39,935 nt of DNA from Nannocystales bacterium (GTDB lineage: Bacteria; Myxococcota_A; Polyangia; Nannocystales; Nannocystaceae), in NCBI GenBank assembly GCA_050633305.1, contig JBOEGF010000039.1, positions 1 through 39,935 on the forward strand, given 5' to 3'. Within the stretch, counting starts at the first letter, position 1. Every line of letters starts with the position of its first letter. A program made the translations under genes and the position numbers. The notes beneath the pieces were generated by a model that saw only the letters and a list, made by a program, of their open reading frames with translations, was not told the origin of the DNA and searched no databases. Positions 10,156-19,001 of the stretch are shown here, piece by piece.

Positions 10156-11490
10156 ATGCACTGTCGATGCGTGACTTTCTGTGTTGCACTCGCTCTCGCG
10201 GCCGTTGTCGTAGGACACCCGTCGAGGGCCCCTGTCGACCCCACGTTGCCGAGCGAGTCGTACGTGTTGGACAACGGGCTCACGGTTGTCCTCCACGATG
10301 ACCCGACCGTGGCGTTGGTCTCTGTCCGTGTGTTGTATCGACTGGGCTCCGCGGATGATCCCGCCGGACGACAGGGCCTGGTCCACCTGCTCGAGCACGC
10401 CCTCTTTCACGGGTCGGAGCACATTCCGAGCACGGCCCGCCGAGAGATTGCACGGATGTCCGCGACTCGGGCAAACGGTGTCACAACGCCCGACTACATG
10501 CAGCTCTTCGAGACTGTTCCGGCGGCCAACCTGGCCGCGGCGCTGAGGTTCGAGGCGGATCGCATGGGCTACTACCGATTCGACTCGAAGCGGATCGGCG
10601 CCGAGAAGATGATCGTCAACCGGGAGATGGTGGAGCGCGCGGATCGGGACCGCTGGGCACAAGCCGACATCGCGGTTCTCGGGGTGTTGTTCCCGGAGTC
10701 TCATCCGATGCACCCGGCGACGGCCGTGACGGTCGCGCGGGTGAGTGTCCCCGAGCTGAAATCACTGGCGGAGATCGCAATCGCTCCCAACAACGCGGTT
10801 CTCGTGCTTGCGGGGAAGCTCCCCAGCAACACGCGGGAGTTGGTGACCAAGTACTTTGCGAGTTTGCGCCGGGGGTCCAAGTTCCCGCTGCGTCCGCGCG
10901 AGCACGGGAGGCTCGCGGAGGAGGTTCGTCTGTCCACATCAGGCGCTGCGGATTCGGCTCCCCTCGCATTGATCGGGTGGCATGCGCCGCACCAGGGCCA
11001 GGACTCGCACGCGGCGGGTTCCATCGCTGCGAGCATTCTACGGCGACGCTTCGTGGGTCGGGCCGCGCAGCGAGGTCGGCGACCGCTTGGGGCGACCGGG
11101 GCCTTCGCACACCTTCGGGCCGGGCGCGCGTATGGGGTCTTCGTGCTCGGTGCGGTCGGGGAGCTCGGCACCTCACCGGAGTCTCTGGCCGCCCAACTCG
11201 ACATCACGCTTGCCAGGCTCGGGGAGAGTCCTCCCTCGGAGGCCGAGGTCGCGGCTGCGCGGAAGCGGATCGCGGTCTCGGTGTCCAGGCAAATGGACAC
11301 CCTCGAGATGCGCGCTGAAGTGTTGGCTAAGAGCGCGGCGATCGGCGAGGACAACGTGGTCGAGTCCCTTCTCGCTTCGCTGGAGCGCGTGTCTCCTGAG
11401 GACGTGAGTCGGTTCGTGCGAGAACACCTTGGGGCCACGCGGGGTCGAGCCGTCGTGCTGCAGTCGCCACGGGAGGCGTTCGGCCGATGA
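10156..11490 (+). CDS. M16 family (insulinase/pitrilysin) zinc peptidase, catalytic subunit
   Basis: LDNGLTVVL, GSADDP, inverted zinc motif HLLEH, ANGVTT, EADRM. Confidence 0.88.
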   Translation: MHCRCVTFCVALALAAVVVGHPSRAPVDPTLPSESYVLDNGLTVVLHDDPTVALVSVRVLYRLGSADDPAGRQGLVHLLEHALFHGSEHIPSTARREIARMSATRANGVTTPDYMQLFETVPAANLAAALRFEADRMGYYRFDSKRIGAEKMIVNREMVERADRDRWAQADIAVLGVLFPESHPMHPATAVTVARVSVPELKSLAEIAIAPNNAVLVLAGKLPSNTRELVTKYFASLRRGSKFPLRPREHGRLAEEVRLSTSGAADSAPLALIGWHAPHQGQDSHAAGSIAASILRRRFVGRAAQRGRRPLGATGAFAHLRAGRAYGVFVLGAVGELGTSPESLAAQLDITLARLGESPPSEAEVAAARKRIAVSVSRQMDTLEMRAEVLAKSAAIGEDNVVESLLASLERVSPEDVSRFVREHLGATRGRAVVLQSPREAFGR

Positions 11491-13037
11491 CGTGGATGAG
11501 ATGGATCTGGTGGGTCGGTTGGCTGTTGGTCGGTGCTTGGGGGATCGGGTGCAGCGGCGGGCAGCGCTGGCGAAACACGGAACCCGTGGTGACCAAGGAC
11601 CCCTCGTACCAGCGGTCTGGGGCATCCAAACACTCGCTCGACAATGGGATCGGGGTGCTCGTCTCTGCGGTGCAACATCCCTCGACGACGCGTGTGGCAC
11701 TGGTTTTTGCACACGGGTATCTGGACGACCACGGGTACGCTGGCCGAGCGCAGCTTTTTGCGGAGTGCCTCGAACTCGAAGCACTCACCAAGAGCGCTGC
11801 GCCGTTTGATGACTTGGGCGCGAGGGTTCGGACCACGGTGATGACCACCGCCACGGTTGTCGAAGTCGACGTTCTCAGCGCAGACGCGAAGGCGGCAGTC
11901 ACGGCTCTTGCGGGTCTTGTCCGCGGCCCCGCCGACGAAGTTGCCTTCGAGTCAGCACGCCGAACCATGCTCTCGCGGCTGCGTCAGGCCCGACGCACTC
12001 CACAGACCCTCGCGAACCTGGCCGCACTGCAGTCGGCGGTCCGTGGTGACGCCCCTGAGCTTGGTGGTCGCGGGTTCGGCTCCGTGGAGTCGCTCGAACG
12101 AGTACGGTTCGATGACATCCTCGCGACGCGAGCCGAGTGGGCGGCAAGCGTCCCGATGAGCTTGGCGGTCGTTGGCCCCCACGAACCGGAAGAGGTGACG
12201 ACTTGGGCACGCGACATCTTCTCGCGATGGACTCGGCGGGCACCACCGCGGGTGAACGAGACCGGTTTCGCCCGGCGTCCGAAGATCATCACGGTGGTTC
12301 CCGTCGAGAACCTCGACCCGGCTGTTGTCCTCGTCGGCACAACAGTGCCCCGGTCCAGCGCTGCGGCTCGCGATGCGTACCTCCTTGGGCGGTCCTTTGC
12401 TCACTTTCGCCTTCGGGAGGGGTTGCAGCGGACCTACGGCGTCCGTGGGAAAATCATGGATCTGGGCGTTACCGGCTTTGCGTTTGCGACCGCGCGCGTC
12501 CCAGCCGAGGACGCGTATGGGTCGGCGCTCACGATCGCTGCCGCGTTCGGGCGGTTGAGTCGGGTCGTGCCCCAAGATGCGGTCGACAACTTGCACCGTG
12601 CGTCAGTGGCCCGTTGGATGGCCGCCAGGCTCGAGACCGAGCCGAGAGCTCAAGCGCTGTATCGCGTGATCGCGTTCGGCGACGAGCTCCATTCCGAGCC
12701 GCCGTTCGGCCCGCTTCCGACCCCGTCCTCCCTCGATGAGGTCAAGCGGTCGCTCGCCGACGACTTCTCCTATGCCGGGATGCAGATCGTGATCGCCGGG
12801 GACCTGGAGCTGCTGTCACACCAGCTCCGCGGGACTACGTTCCAGGTTCGGACGGATCTCGACCTACTCGGACCTGAGGTGCTTCCGGAGGACTCGCTTT
12901 CGGCGGCGACCTCCAGCGATGCACGGTCTGACCCTCGACGCGGCGGGCCCGACGAGCGAGCAGGTGTTCGATCCGACACTGTTCCTCGAGCGACGCCACC
13001 GCCGACACCTCAGCGAGGGCCGAAGTCGCGCGGGTAG
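11487..13037 (+). CDS. M16 family peptidase, non-catalytic partner subunit (lipoprotein)
   Basis: LDNGIGVLV, GSVESLERV, RLREGLQRTYGV; no HxxEH; ATGA overlap with the upstream M16 gene. Confidence 0.75.
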   Translation: MTWMRWIWWVGWLLVGAWGIGCSGGQRWRNTEPVVTKDPSYQRSGASKHSLDNGIGVLVSAVQHPSTTRVALVFAHGYLDDHGYAGRAQLFAECLELEALTKSAAPFDDLGARVRTTVMTTATVVEVDVLSADAKAAVTALAGLVRGPADEVAFESARRTMLSRLRQARRTPQTLANLAALQSAVRGDAPELGGRGFGSVESLERVRFDDILATRAEWAASVPMSLAVVGPHEPEEVTTWARDIFSRWTRRAPPRVNETGFARRPKIITVVPVENLDPAVVLVGTTVPRSSAAARDAYLLGRSFAHFRLREGLQRTYGVRGKIMDLGVTGFAFATARVPAEDAYGSALTIAAAFGRLSRVVPQDAVDNLHRASVARWMAARLETEPRAQALYRVIAFGDELHSEPPFGPLPTPSSLDEVKRSLADDFSYAGMQIVIAGDLELLSHQLRGTTFQVRTDLDLLGPEVLPEDSLSAATSSDARSDPRRGGPDERAGVRSDTVPRATPPPTPQRGPKSRG

Positions 13038-13098
13038 ACCCCCGACGTCTCCGCGGGCCGGGCGAAACTATGAACCATCGGCCGGCGAGCGGAGCGGT

Positions 13099-13434
13099 TC
13101 ACCGCTCTGGTGTCGGTGGCATCTTGGCCCATCCGTCGAGCCAGTCCACGTACGGGCAGGCGTCGATACCGGCGGCGCTGGCGGCATCACGGACCTTGGC
13201 GACCTTCTGCGCCGGCGCTAGGGTGGCGAGCTCGGAGAAGAGCGCGCGGACCTCAGGATCTGAGGTGTTCTTGTCGATGTATTGCGCGAGCTTCAGCGCT
13301 TGTTGGTCGGGCTCGCTCTGCAGGCATTCGCTGCACGTGACCGTCGCTTGGCATACGACCTTCATGTCCGACGTTCTCGAGCTGCAAGCCAGAGCACCAA
13401 ACGCGAGAACTAGGAGGAACGATCGCGTCACCAT
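13099..13434 (-). CDS. Small hypothetical lipoprotein
   Basis: MVTRSFLLVLAFGALAC lipobox; helical, Cys-containing. Confidence 0.65.
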   Translation of the reverse strand: MVTRSFLLVLAFGALACSSRTSDMKVVCQATVTCSECLQSEPDQQALKLAQYIDKNTSDPEVRALFSELATLAPAQKVAKVRDAASAAGIDACPYVDWLDGWAKMPPTPER

Positions 13435-13657
13435 CCAATGTTCGGGTTTCGGGTGCCGCGGTGCAAGCGCGTTCCCCGGCCCGCGTGCTGTTCCTCGCTC
13501 GGGCCGCCGCATGGCTGGAGCGTCCGGAGTGCTGAGTGGATGACAGCCGTCGACATCAGCCTCGTCGGAGTGATCTCCCGGACTTACCCAGCCCTCGGAC
13601 GGTCCGGAGCGCCGGTCTCCCGTTGCAACGCCGGGCGAGATGCTATGAGAGCCAACA

Positions 13658-14122
13658 GTGTCGGCTCCGACCCCGTGGGAAGTGCTGGTCGAGACGCCGG
13701 GGTACACGATGCTCCGGCGCTCGACGGTGCTGTTGTGCCGTCTGCGCAGTACGCCCACGCCGTTGCTCTTGCGTGGGATCGAGCGTGCGCTCGAGCAACA
13801 CCCCGAACCGATGACCGTCGTCATTCACGTCGAGGCATCGGTCAGTGTCCCCAACACAGAAACCCGTCTGGCCGCATCTCGGGTCATGAGGCTTTCCGCG
13901 CCGAGAATCGCGGCCTGGGTCGTTGTGCTCGAAGGCTCGGGTCTCATTCGTACGGCGCTGCGCAGTGTCGCGAACACGGTGCGATTGATCGCCCGTTCCC
14001 AGTTTCCCCTGAGGCTGGTCGCCAGTGCCGCCGAGGCCACGACCTGGCTCGCGGAGCACAGCACGGCGGAGATTACCGCCGAGGACATCGTCTCTCCGGT
14101 CAGCGACCGCGCCGCGTCGTAA
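13658..14122 (+). CDS. STAS/SEC14-like hypothetical protein (family common in myxobacteria)
   Basis: P...R...VVLEGSGLIRTALRSV...FPLRLV...AEATTWL pattern. Confidence 0.6.
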   Translation: MSAPTPWEVLVETPGYTMLRRSTVLLCRLRSTPTPLLLRGIERALEQHPEPMTVVIHVEASVSVPNTETRLAASRVMRLSAPRIAAWVVVLEGSGLIRTALRSVANTVRLIARSQFPLRLVASAAEATTWLAEHSTAEITAEDIVSPVSDRAAS

Positions 14123-14148
14123 GGGTCGACTGCGGCGCTCCCCGGGGC

Positions 14149-14808
14149 TCATGGAAAACCCCGCGGAGGGTTGGCGCCGAAACCTGGACGACTCGGACCG
14201 CGAGTGAATCGCACGCGGAGCTGATCTTGGGAGCGTTCGATGGGGATGGTCACCTCGAGAGCGTCCCAGGTCCGAGGATTTGTGGGGGGGAATGCGAAGA
14301 TGTTGGACTGTTGATCCGCTGTGACCTCGGATGCGTCGAATCGCTCGGTTCGCATCGCGGTCTGTGCCACCCCAGCCGCGCCCTCAACGGAGAGCATGGC
14401 GCCACCGACGCGCACAGGGCGTGCCCCGTCGGTTCTGTGGACCAGCCGTACGAAGGTGGCTGGGCCCGCGGCCGTGAAGGCGGAGGAGCGGAATTTCGAG
14501 GCGCACGAGAACCAGCAGCCATCTGCGTGACTGCTCTCCGGCAACCACAGCTCGGCTTCCCAACCAGGCGCGGGCGAGGCGGCTCCCTCCACATTGATGT
14601 AGTGCACCTCGGGCCGTGCCCACTCGCCCAAGATCTCAGCGTGGGTGGGGTTGCACGCCTGTGTGCTGGTCGCAGGGCTGTCGGCGACTCCCACGAGGCT
14701 GTCCGCCGCCACCGAGGCGTTCGCATTCGTATTCGCGGTTGGGTCTCGGCATCCGGCGAGCGCGGCGAGGACGAAGGCGGAGGAGAGGAGGGGTCGTGCG
14801 ACATTCAT
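14149..14808 (-). CDS. Hypothetical lipoprotein downstream of ECF sigma
   Basis: MNVARPLLSSAFVLAALAGC lipobox; GGAG upstream of ATG 14808. Confidence 0.65.
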   Translation of the reverse strand: MNVARPLLSSAFVLAALAGCRDPTANTNANASVAADSLVGVADSPATSTQACNPTHAEILGEWARPEVHYINVEGAASPAPGWEAELWLPESSHADGCWFSCASKFRSSAFTAAGPATFVRLVHRTDGARPVRVGGAMLSVEGAAGVAQTAMRTERFDASEVTADQQSNIFAFPPTNPRTWDALEVTIPIERSQDQLRVRFTRGPSRPGFGANPPRGFP

Positions 14809-14829
14809 CTGGGGTCTCCGAACTCGTTT

Positions 14830-14843
14830 GGGGGGGGGGGGGG
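14830..14843. repeat. 14-nt G homopolymer (poly-C on the coding strand)
   Basis: tttGGGGGGGGGGGGGGagc, intergenic between the sigma stop (14867) and the lipoprotein start (14808). Confidence 0.9.
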
Positions 14844-14866
14844 AGCTCGAGCTGGGGTGGACGGCC

Positions 14867-15481
14867 TCAGCCCAGCGACGGAGTCCCGGCATCCGACATC
14901 CACTCGGCGAACTGGTCTCGAACGGAGGTCCGGATGTCGAGGTCTGCGGGGACCTGATCCACCGCTTCGCGGAGCAGCTTTCGGGCGCGATGCAGCCGAC
15001 TCTTGACGGTTCCGCCAGGAACGCCGAGGAGTTCGCCCAGCTCGGTGACGCCCAGGTTCTCCCAGTAGTAGAGCTCGAGCAGGAGCTGAAGGTCGAGCGG
15101 GAGTCGGTGCAAGGCGGCCAGGAGCACCCGGTGGTCGTCTCGCTCGCTGGCCTGGGTGTGTACGCCGGGGTCGAGGTCGTACAACGACGCGGCCGACACG
15201 TCGGGGCAGACTCGGGCATCGCGCACGCGACCGCGGATGTGCTCGAACAGGACGTTGCGGGCGATGCCGAACAGGAACGTTCGAACCGACGCCTCGCCGC
15301 GGAACCGACTTCGCACCTCGGCGCAGCGCAGGAAGGTCCGTTGCGTCAGGTCGTCGACCGCTGAGGGTGACTTCGTCCGGAAGAAGCGAACGATCGCGTC
15401 GTAGTGCCGATCGATGAGCTGGGAGCCCGCGTCCTGATCTCCAGCGCTCCACGCCTCGAACAGCTCTCGATCCGCACGCAT
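14867..15481 (-). CDS. ECF sigma-70 factor
   Basis: DDLTQRTFL, VRTFLFGIARN (region 2); LHRLPLDLQLLLELYYWE, GTVKSRLHRARKLL (region 4). Confidence 0.92.
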   Translation of the reverse strand: MRADRELFEAWSAGDQDAGSQLIDRHYDAIVRFFRTKSPSAVDDLTQRTFLRCAEVRSRFRGEASVRTFLFGIARNVLFEHIRGRVRDARVCPDVSAASLYDLDPGVHTQASERDDHRVLLAALHRLPLDLQLLLELYYWENLGVTELGELLGVPGGTVKSRLHRARKLLREAVDQVPADLDIRTSVRDQFAEWMSDAGTPSLG

Positions 15482-15554
15482 CGAGGTGATGATCGCGTTC
15501 TCGGAGCCCTGAGACAAGCAGGAGTGGTCCCGCCGCTGTGCACGCCAGCCGACA

Positions 15555-18500
15555 GTGCGCGACAATGTGTGGGTGACGAAGGAGACGGTACCCGACGTTC
15601 ACAAGTCACTCTCGCCGTTTGAAGTCTCAGACGGAGACCGACACTTCAAGCTGGCGGCACTCAAGGCCGCCGTGCTCGGCGTACCGGGCCTTCGGCTTGC
15701 CGGGTACTCGGACCTTGCGCCGGTGGGGGAGGGGGGAATGGGTGTGGTCTACCGCGGGGTCGATGCCCACAGCGGCGGGCCGGTTGCGTTGAAGCTGTTG
15801 CGGCACGACGACCCGAAGGGGGCCTCGAGGTTCGAGCGGGAGGTGGCAACCCTGCAAACGCTCCGTCATCCCCAGGTCGTGTCCTACTTGGACCATGGCT
15901 CCACGACGACGGGGCGACGCTTCTTGGTGATGGAGTGGCTTGACGGGCTGGACGCTGCGGAATGGTCGGCGCGCCACGAAGTCAGGTACCTCGACGTCAT
16001 CGACATCGGGTTGGCGGCAGCGCGGGGCCTGGGTCATGCCCACGACCAGGGCGTGGTCCACCGGGACGTGAAACCGAGCAATCTGTTTCTGCTCGATGAG
16101 CAGCCTTCACACACGAAGGTGATCGACTTCGGGGTGGCGAAGGTGTTCGCGGCCTCAGACTCGCTCACGTCGACCGGAGCGCTGTTGGGTACGCCTGCCT
16201 ACGTTGCTCCGGAGCAACTCGAAGGTCGTGCGTCGGCGACGGCGGATGTCTACGGGCTCGGCGCGACGTTGTTCGAACTGGCGACCGGAGTCCTGCCGAT
16301 CCGCTCTTCGTCGACATCCAGCCTGCTCCTCGATGTGCTGCGGGTGATTCCACCGAACGCCTGCACGTTGCGTCCATCCCTCCCACGTAGCTTTGGCGCA
16401 CTGTTGGCCGCGATGCTGGCCAAAGACCCTGACTGTCGGCCCGCGGATATGCGGGTCGTCGCGCTCGAACTGGAGGAACTACGCGACGAGCTGACCCGCG
16501 GAGCCAGGCGGGTGAACGCACCCGAGCCAGGGCGGCTCGTTGAGCGAGACGATTCTCCACAGGAGCACCCGTTTGGCCCCATCCCTTTCGTCGGGCGGGA
16601 GGCGGAGCTCGGTCGAATCCTGGCGTTGCTCGACGCTTGCATCGCGGAGGAGGGCGCGGGTTGGGTCGTCGTTGAGGGGGCGTACGGTTCTGGAAAATCG
16701 GCGCTGCTCGGTCGATGCTTGGAGGTGTTGCGGGAGCGGGAGGTCTCCGCAGTTCTGTGTTCGGCCCAGGCTGGGGCCGCGGCAGTCCCGTTCGAAACCG
16801 CAGCTCAGATCGCCGAGGCGATGACCGTGCAGGGATGGCTCTCGACCGCCGAGCATCAGACGCTCCGAGCGCGCTTCGACGCAGTCCGGAGCGGACTGCA
16901 AGTCCCCGGACAGGCCGCGGGAACCCAGCTCGACGCCTTGCATGGGCAGTGGCGTGATGCTCTGGATACGATCGATTGGTCTGCGCCCCGGGCGTTGGTC
17001 ATCGATGCCCTGGACCGGGTCGACGCTCCGTCGATGCGGTTGCTTTCCGCCTTGCTGCGCCGGGCCCACGCTGCCTGTGTCGTCTTGGTGGCGAGCGCCA
17101 CGGTTGCGGATGGTGTGTGCGCACAGCTCGAGCTCCACGAGGGGCTTGCCCAGGACCGAATCTTGCTGGCACCGGTCCGAACGCGGGCCCTGCATCGTGC
17201 CTTGTTCGAAGCGGGACTACGGGACCCTCAAGCCCGAACACGATGCATCCAACAGAGCGACGGCTCGATAGGGCGACTGGTGGCGGCCCGTGGGGTGTGG
17301 AGCGATGGCACGACAGAGGCGGCGGGTACCACCGACTTCGATGGAATGGTGCTGCGCGCGCTCGCGGTGCAGCAACCTTCGTGCACAGGACTGCTGGCGG
17401 CCATTCTCGGGATTCGAGAGGACTCGCCTCTTCTGGGCTCGGCGCTCGAGCGCGCCGTGGATCAAGGGGCCGTGCGACAGAACCAGGTCGGACGGTTCGA
17501 GGGGCAGCCAGAACTATGGCTGAGCGAACCTGGAATCTCCGGGGGGCAAGGAGCTTTGGGGCCCGAAGCGCACCGAGCCTGCGCCGATTGGATGGACGCG
17601 GTCGGAGGTTTTTCTCCCGAGGTTCGTCTCCCACACTACCGGGCGTGTGGAGATCGGGCGCGGCGCTCTGGCGCGGCCCTGCAAGCGGCAACGACCGCCC
17701 ACGCCGTCGATGACATTGCTGCGGTGGAGACGTTCTTGAACGACGTCGATGAGTCTGTGTTGGAACCCTCGCAGCGGCGGGTGTGGAGTCGACTGGTCTT
17801 CGCGTCGCATATGGGGAACAACCGGATCGAAGACGCGCTCGCGGCCATCGATGACGCGCTCGAACGCACGCCTACGCGCGGGGCCGACTGGTACGGGCTG
17901 TTCGCCGAGCGCATCACCGCGTTGGGCCAGGCGGGTCGCAACCCGGAGGTGGCACAGAGCGAGGCGCAGCTTGGCCCAGCGCCTGGAGACGACGGAGAGG
18001 TCCGGGAACTGTGGCTGATTGCAACGGCCCGCATTGCCTCCCAGCTCGCGACTTGGAACCCCAGCATCTTCCTTCGTTTGGTCGACACCATCGAGCCGGT
18101 GTTTCAGCGTGCTCCCGCGTCGGCGCAGGTTCGGGGAGTCTGCCTGGGGTTGCGTGGGCTGTACGACATGCGCCTGAGCTTCGCCCAGCGGCTGGGTCGT
18201 CTCGACGAGGCTCGCGACGCGTACATGCTGGCCGGAGACCGCCGCACCGCCGCCATGGTGCGGATGTTCTGGGGCGTGGGCCAGGTTCGTCTGGGTGGGT
18301 GGCGACACGCTCGGGAGGCGTTTGACGACGCGCTCGAGGTGTTCGACCGCCTGGGCGTCGGGTACCTCCATGCCTGGGCTCTGTACTCCCGGGCCCGACT
18401 GTTGGTCGAACTTGACCCCCAACGCGCGGTCCCCGAGCTCGAATCGGTGCGCGGCTACTTCCAGTCCAGTCCGCGCCTTCGTTCGGGCGCACTATTGTAC

Positions 18501-18935
18501 GAGGGATGGGCGCGCTTGCGTCTGGAACAGCCTCACGCCGCCGTCGCTGCGGCTCGCCTTGGCGCGCAGGCGCACGATACGGACGAGATCCAGGCGGGGG
18601 CTGCAGCGATCATGTTGCTGGCCTCCAACCGGGGCGCGAACGTCCCTGACCTCCCACAACAACGGGAGGCTGCGAAGACGGGCCTGTCCGCGCCGCAGCT
18701 GCTCGAGTTTGCCGCCCATGCGCGGTACGCCTTGGCCGAAGACGCCCGCGTTCGCGCCGACCCTGCATATCGCGTGCTGATCGCCGAGGCGCGGGACGAG
18801 TTGTTGGCCGAACTCGGAGAAATCACCGACCCTGCGCAGCGCTCGGCGGCGTGGCACGGCCCGTGGTTGCATCGCGCGATCATGCAAGCTGCAGAATCGC
18901 TGGGGCTCTCCGGTGAGTCCCGGACGGCCCCCTGA
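15555..18935 (+). CDS. Hanks-type Ser/Thr kinase with AAA/STAND-like P-loop and C-terminal helical (TPR-like) repeats
   Basis: GEGGMGVVY, VALK, HRDVKPSN, DFGVAK, GTPAYVAPEQ; FVGREAEL and GAYGSGKS; exact start uncertain. Confidence 0.9.
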   Translation: MRDNVWVTKETVPDVHKSLSPFEVSDGDRHFKLAALKAAVLGVPGLRLAGYSDLAPVGEGGMGVVYRGVDAHSGGPVALKLLRHDDPKGASRFEREVATLQTLRHPQVVSYLDHGSTTTGRRFLVMEWLDGLDAAEWSARHEVRYLDVIDIGLAAARGLGHAHDQGVVHRDVKPSNLFLLDEQPSHTKVIDFGVAKVFAASDSLTSTGALLGTPAYVAPEQLEGRASATADVYGLGATLFELATGVLPIRSSSTSSLLLDVLRVIPPNACTLRPSLPRSFGALLAAMLAKDPDCRPADMRVVALELEELRDELTRGARRVNAPEPGRLVERDDSPQEHPFGPIPFVGREAELGRILALLDACIAEEGAGWVVVEGAYGSGKSALLGRCLEVLREREVSAVLCSAQAGAAAVPFETAAQIAEAMTVQGWLSTAEHQTLRARFDAVRSGLQVPGQAAGTQLDALHGQWRDALDTIDWSAPRALVIDALDRVDAPSMRLLSALLRRAHAACVVLVASATVADGVCAQLELHEGLAQDRILLAPVRTRALHRALFEAGLRDPQARTRCIQQSDGSIGRLVAARGVWSDGTTEAAGTTDFDGMVLRALAVQQPSCTGLLAAILGIREDSPLLGSALERAVDQGAVRQNQVGRFEGQPELWLSEPGISGGQGALGPEAHRACADWMDAVGGFSPEVRLPHYRACGDRARRSGAALQAATTAHAVDDIAAVETFLNDVDESVLEPSQRRVWSRLVFASHMGNNRIEDALAAIDDALERTPTRGADWYGLFAERITALGQAGRNPEVAQSEAQLGPAPGDDGEVRELWLIATARIASQLATWNPSIFLRLVDTIEPVFQRAPASAQVRGVCLGLRGLYDMRLSFAQRLGRLDEARDAYMLAGDRRTAAMVRMFWGVGQVRLGGWRHAREAFDDALEVFDRLGVGYLHAWALYSRARLLVELDPQRAVPELESVRGYFQSSPRLRSGALLYEGWARLRLEQPHAAVAAARLGAQAHDTDEIQAGAAAIMLLASNRGANVPDLPQQREAAKTGLSAPQLLEFAAHARYALAEDARVRADPAYRVLIAEARDELLAELGEITDPAQRSAAWHGPWLHRAIMQAAESLGLSGESRTAP

Positions 18936-19001
18936 GCCGAGACTTCTGCCACGTCGAAGTTTCTCGTGAACCAGGGGGCCCTGTGACGTCACCACCGGAA
19001 C

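Noticed and set aside
14149..15219. 356-aa ORF running through the poly-G tract, suggesting a phase-variable sigma-lipoprotein fusion
   Set aside because: The sigma stop (14867) precedes the tract, so slippage cannot fuse the genes; the lipoprotein has its own RBS, ATG and lipobox at 14808
18983..18992. GTGACGTCAC palindrome upstream of the M23 lipoprotein
   Set aside because: Only 10 bp, one copy, no corroborating motif
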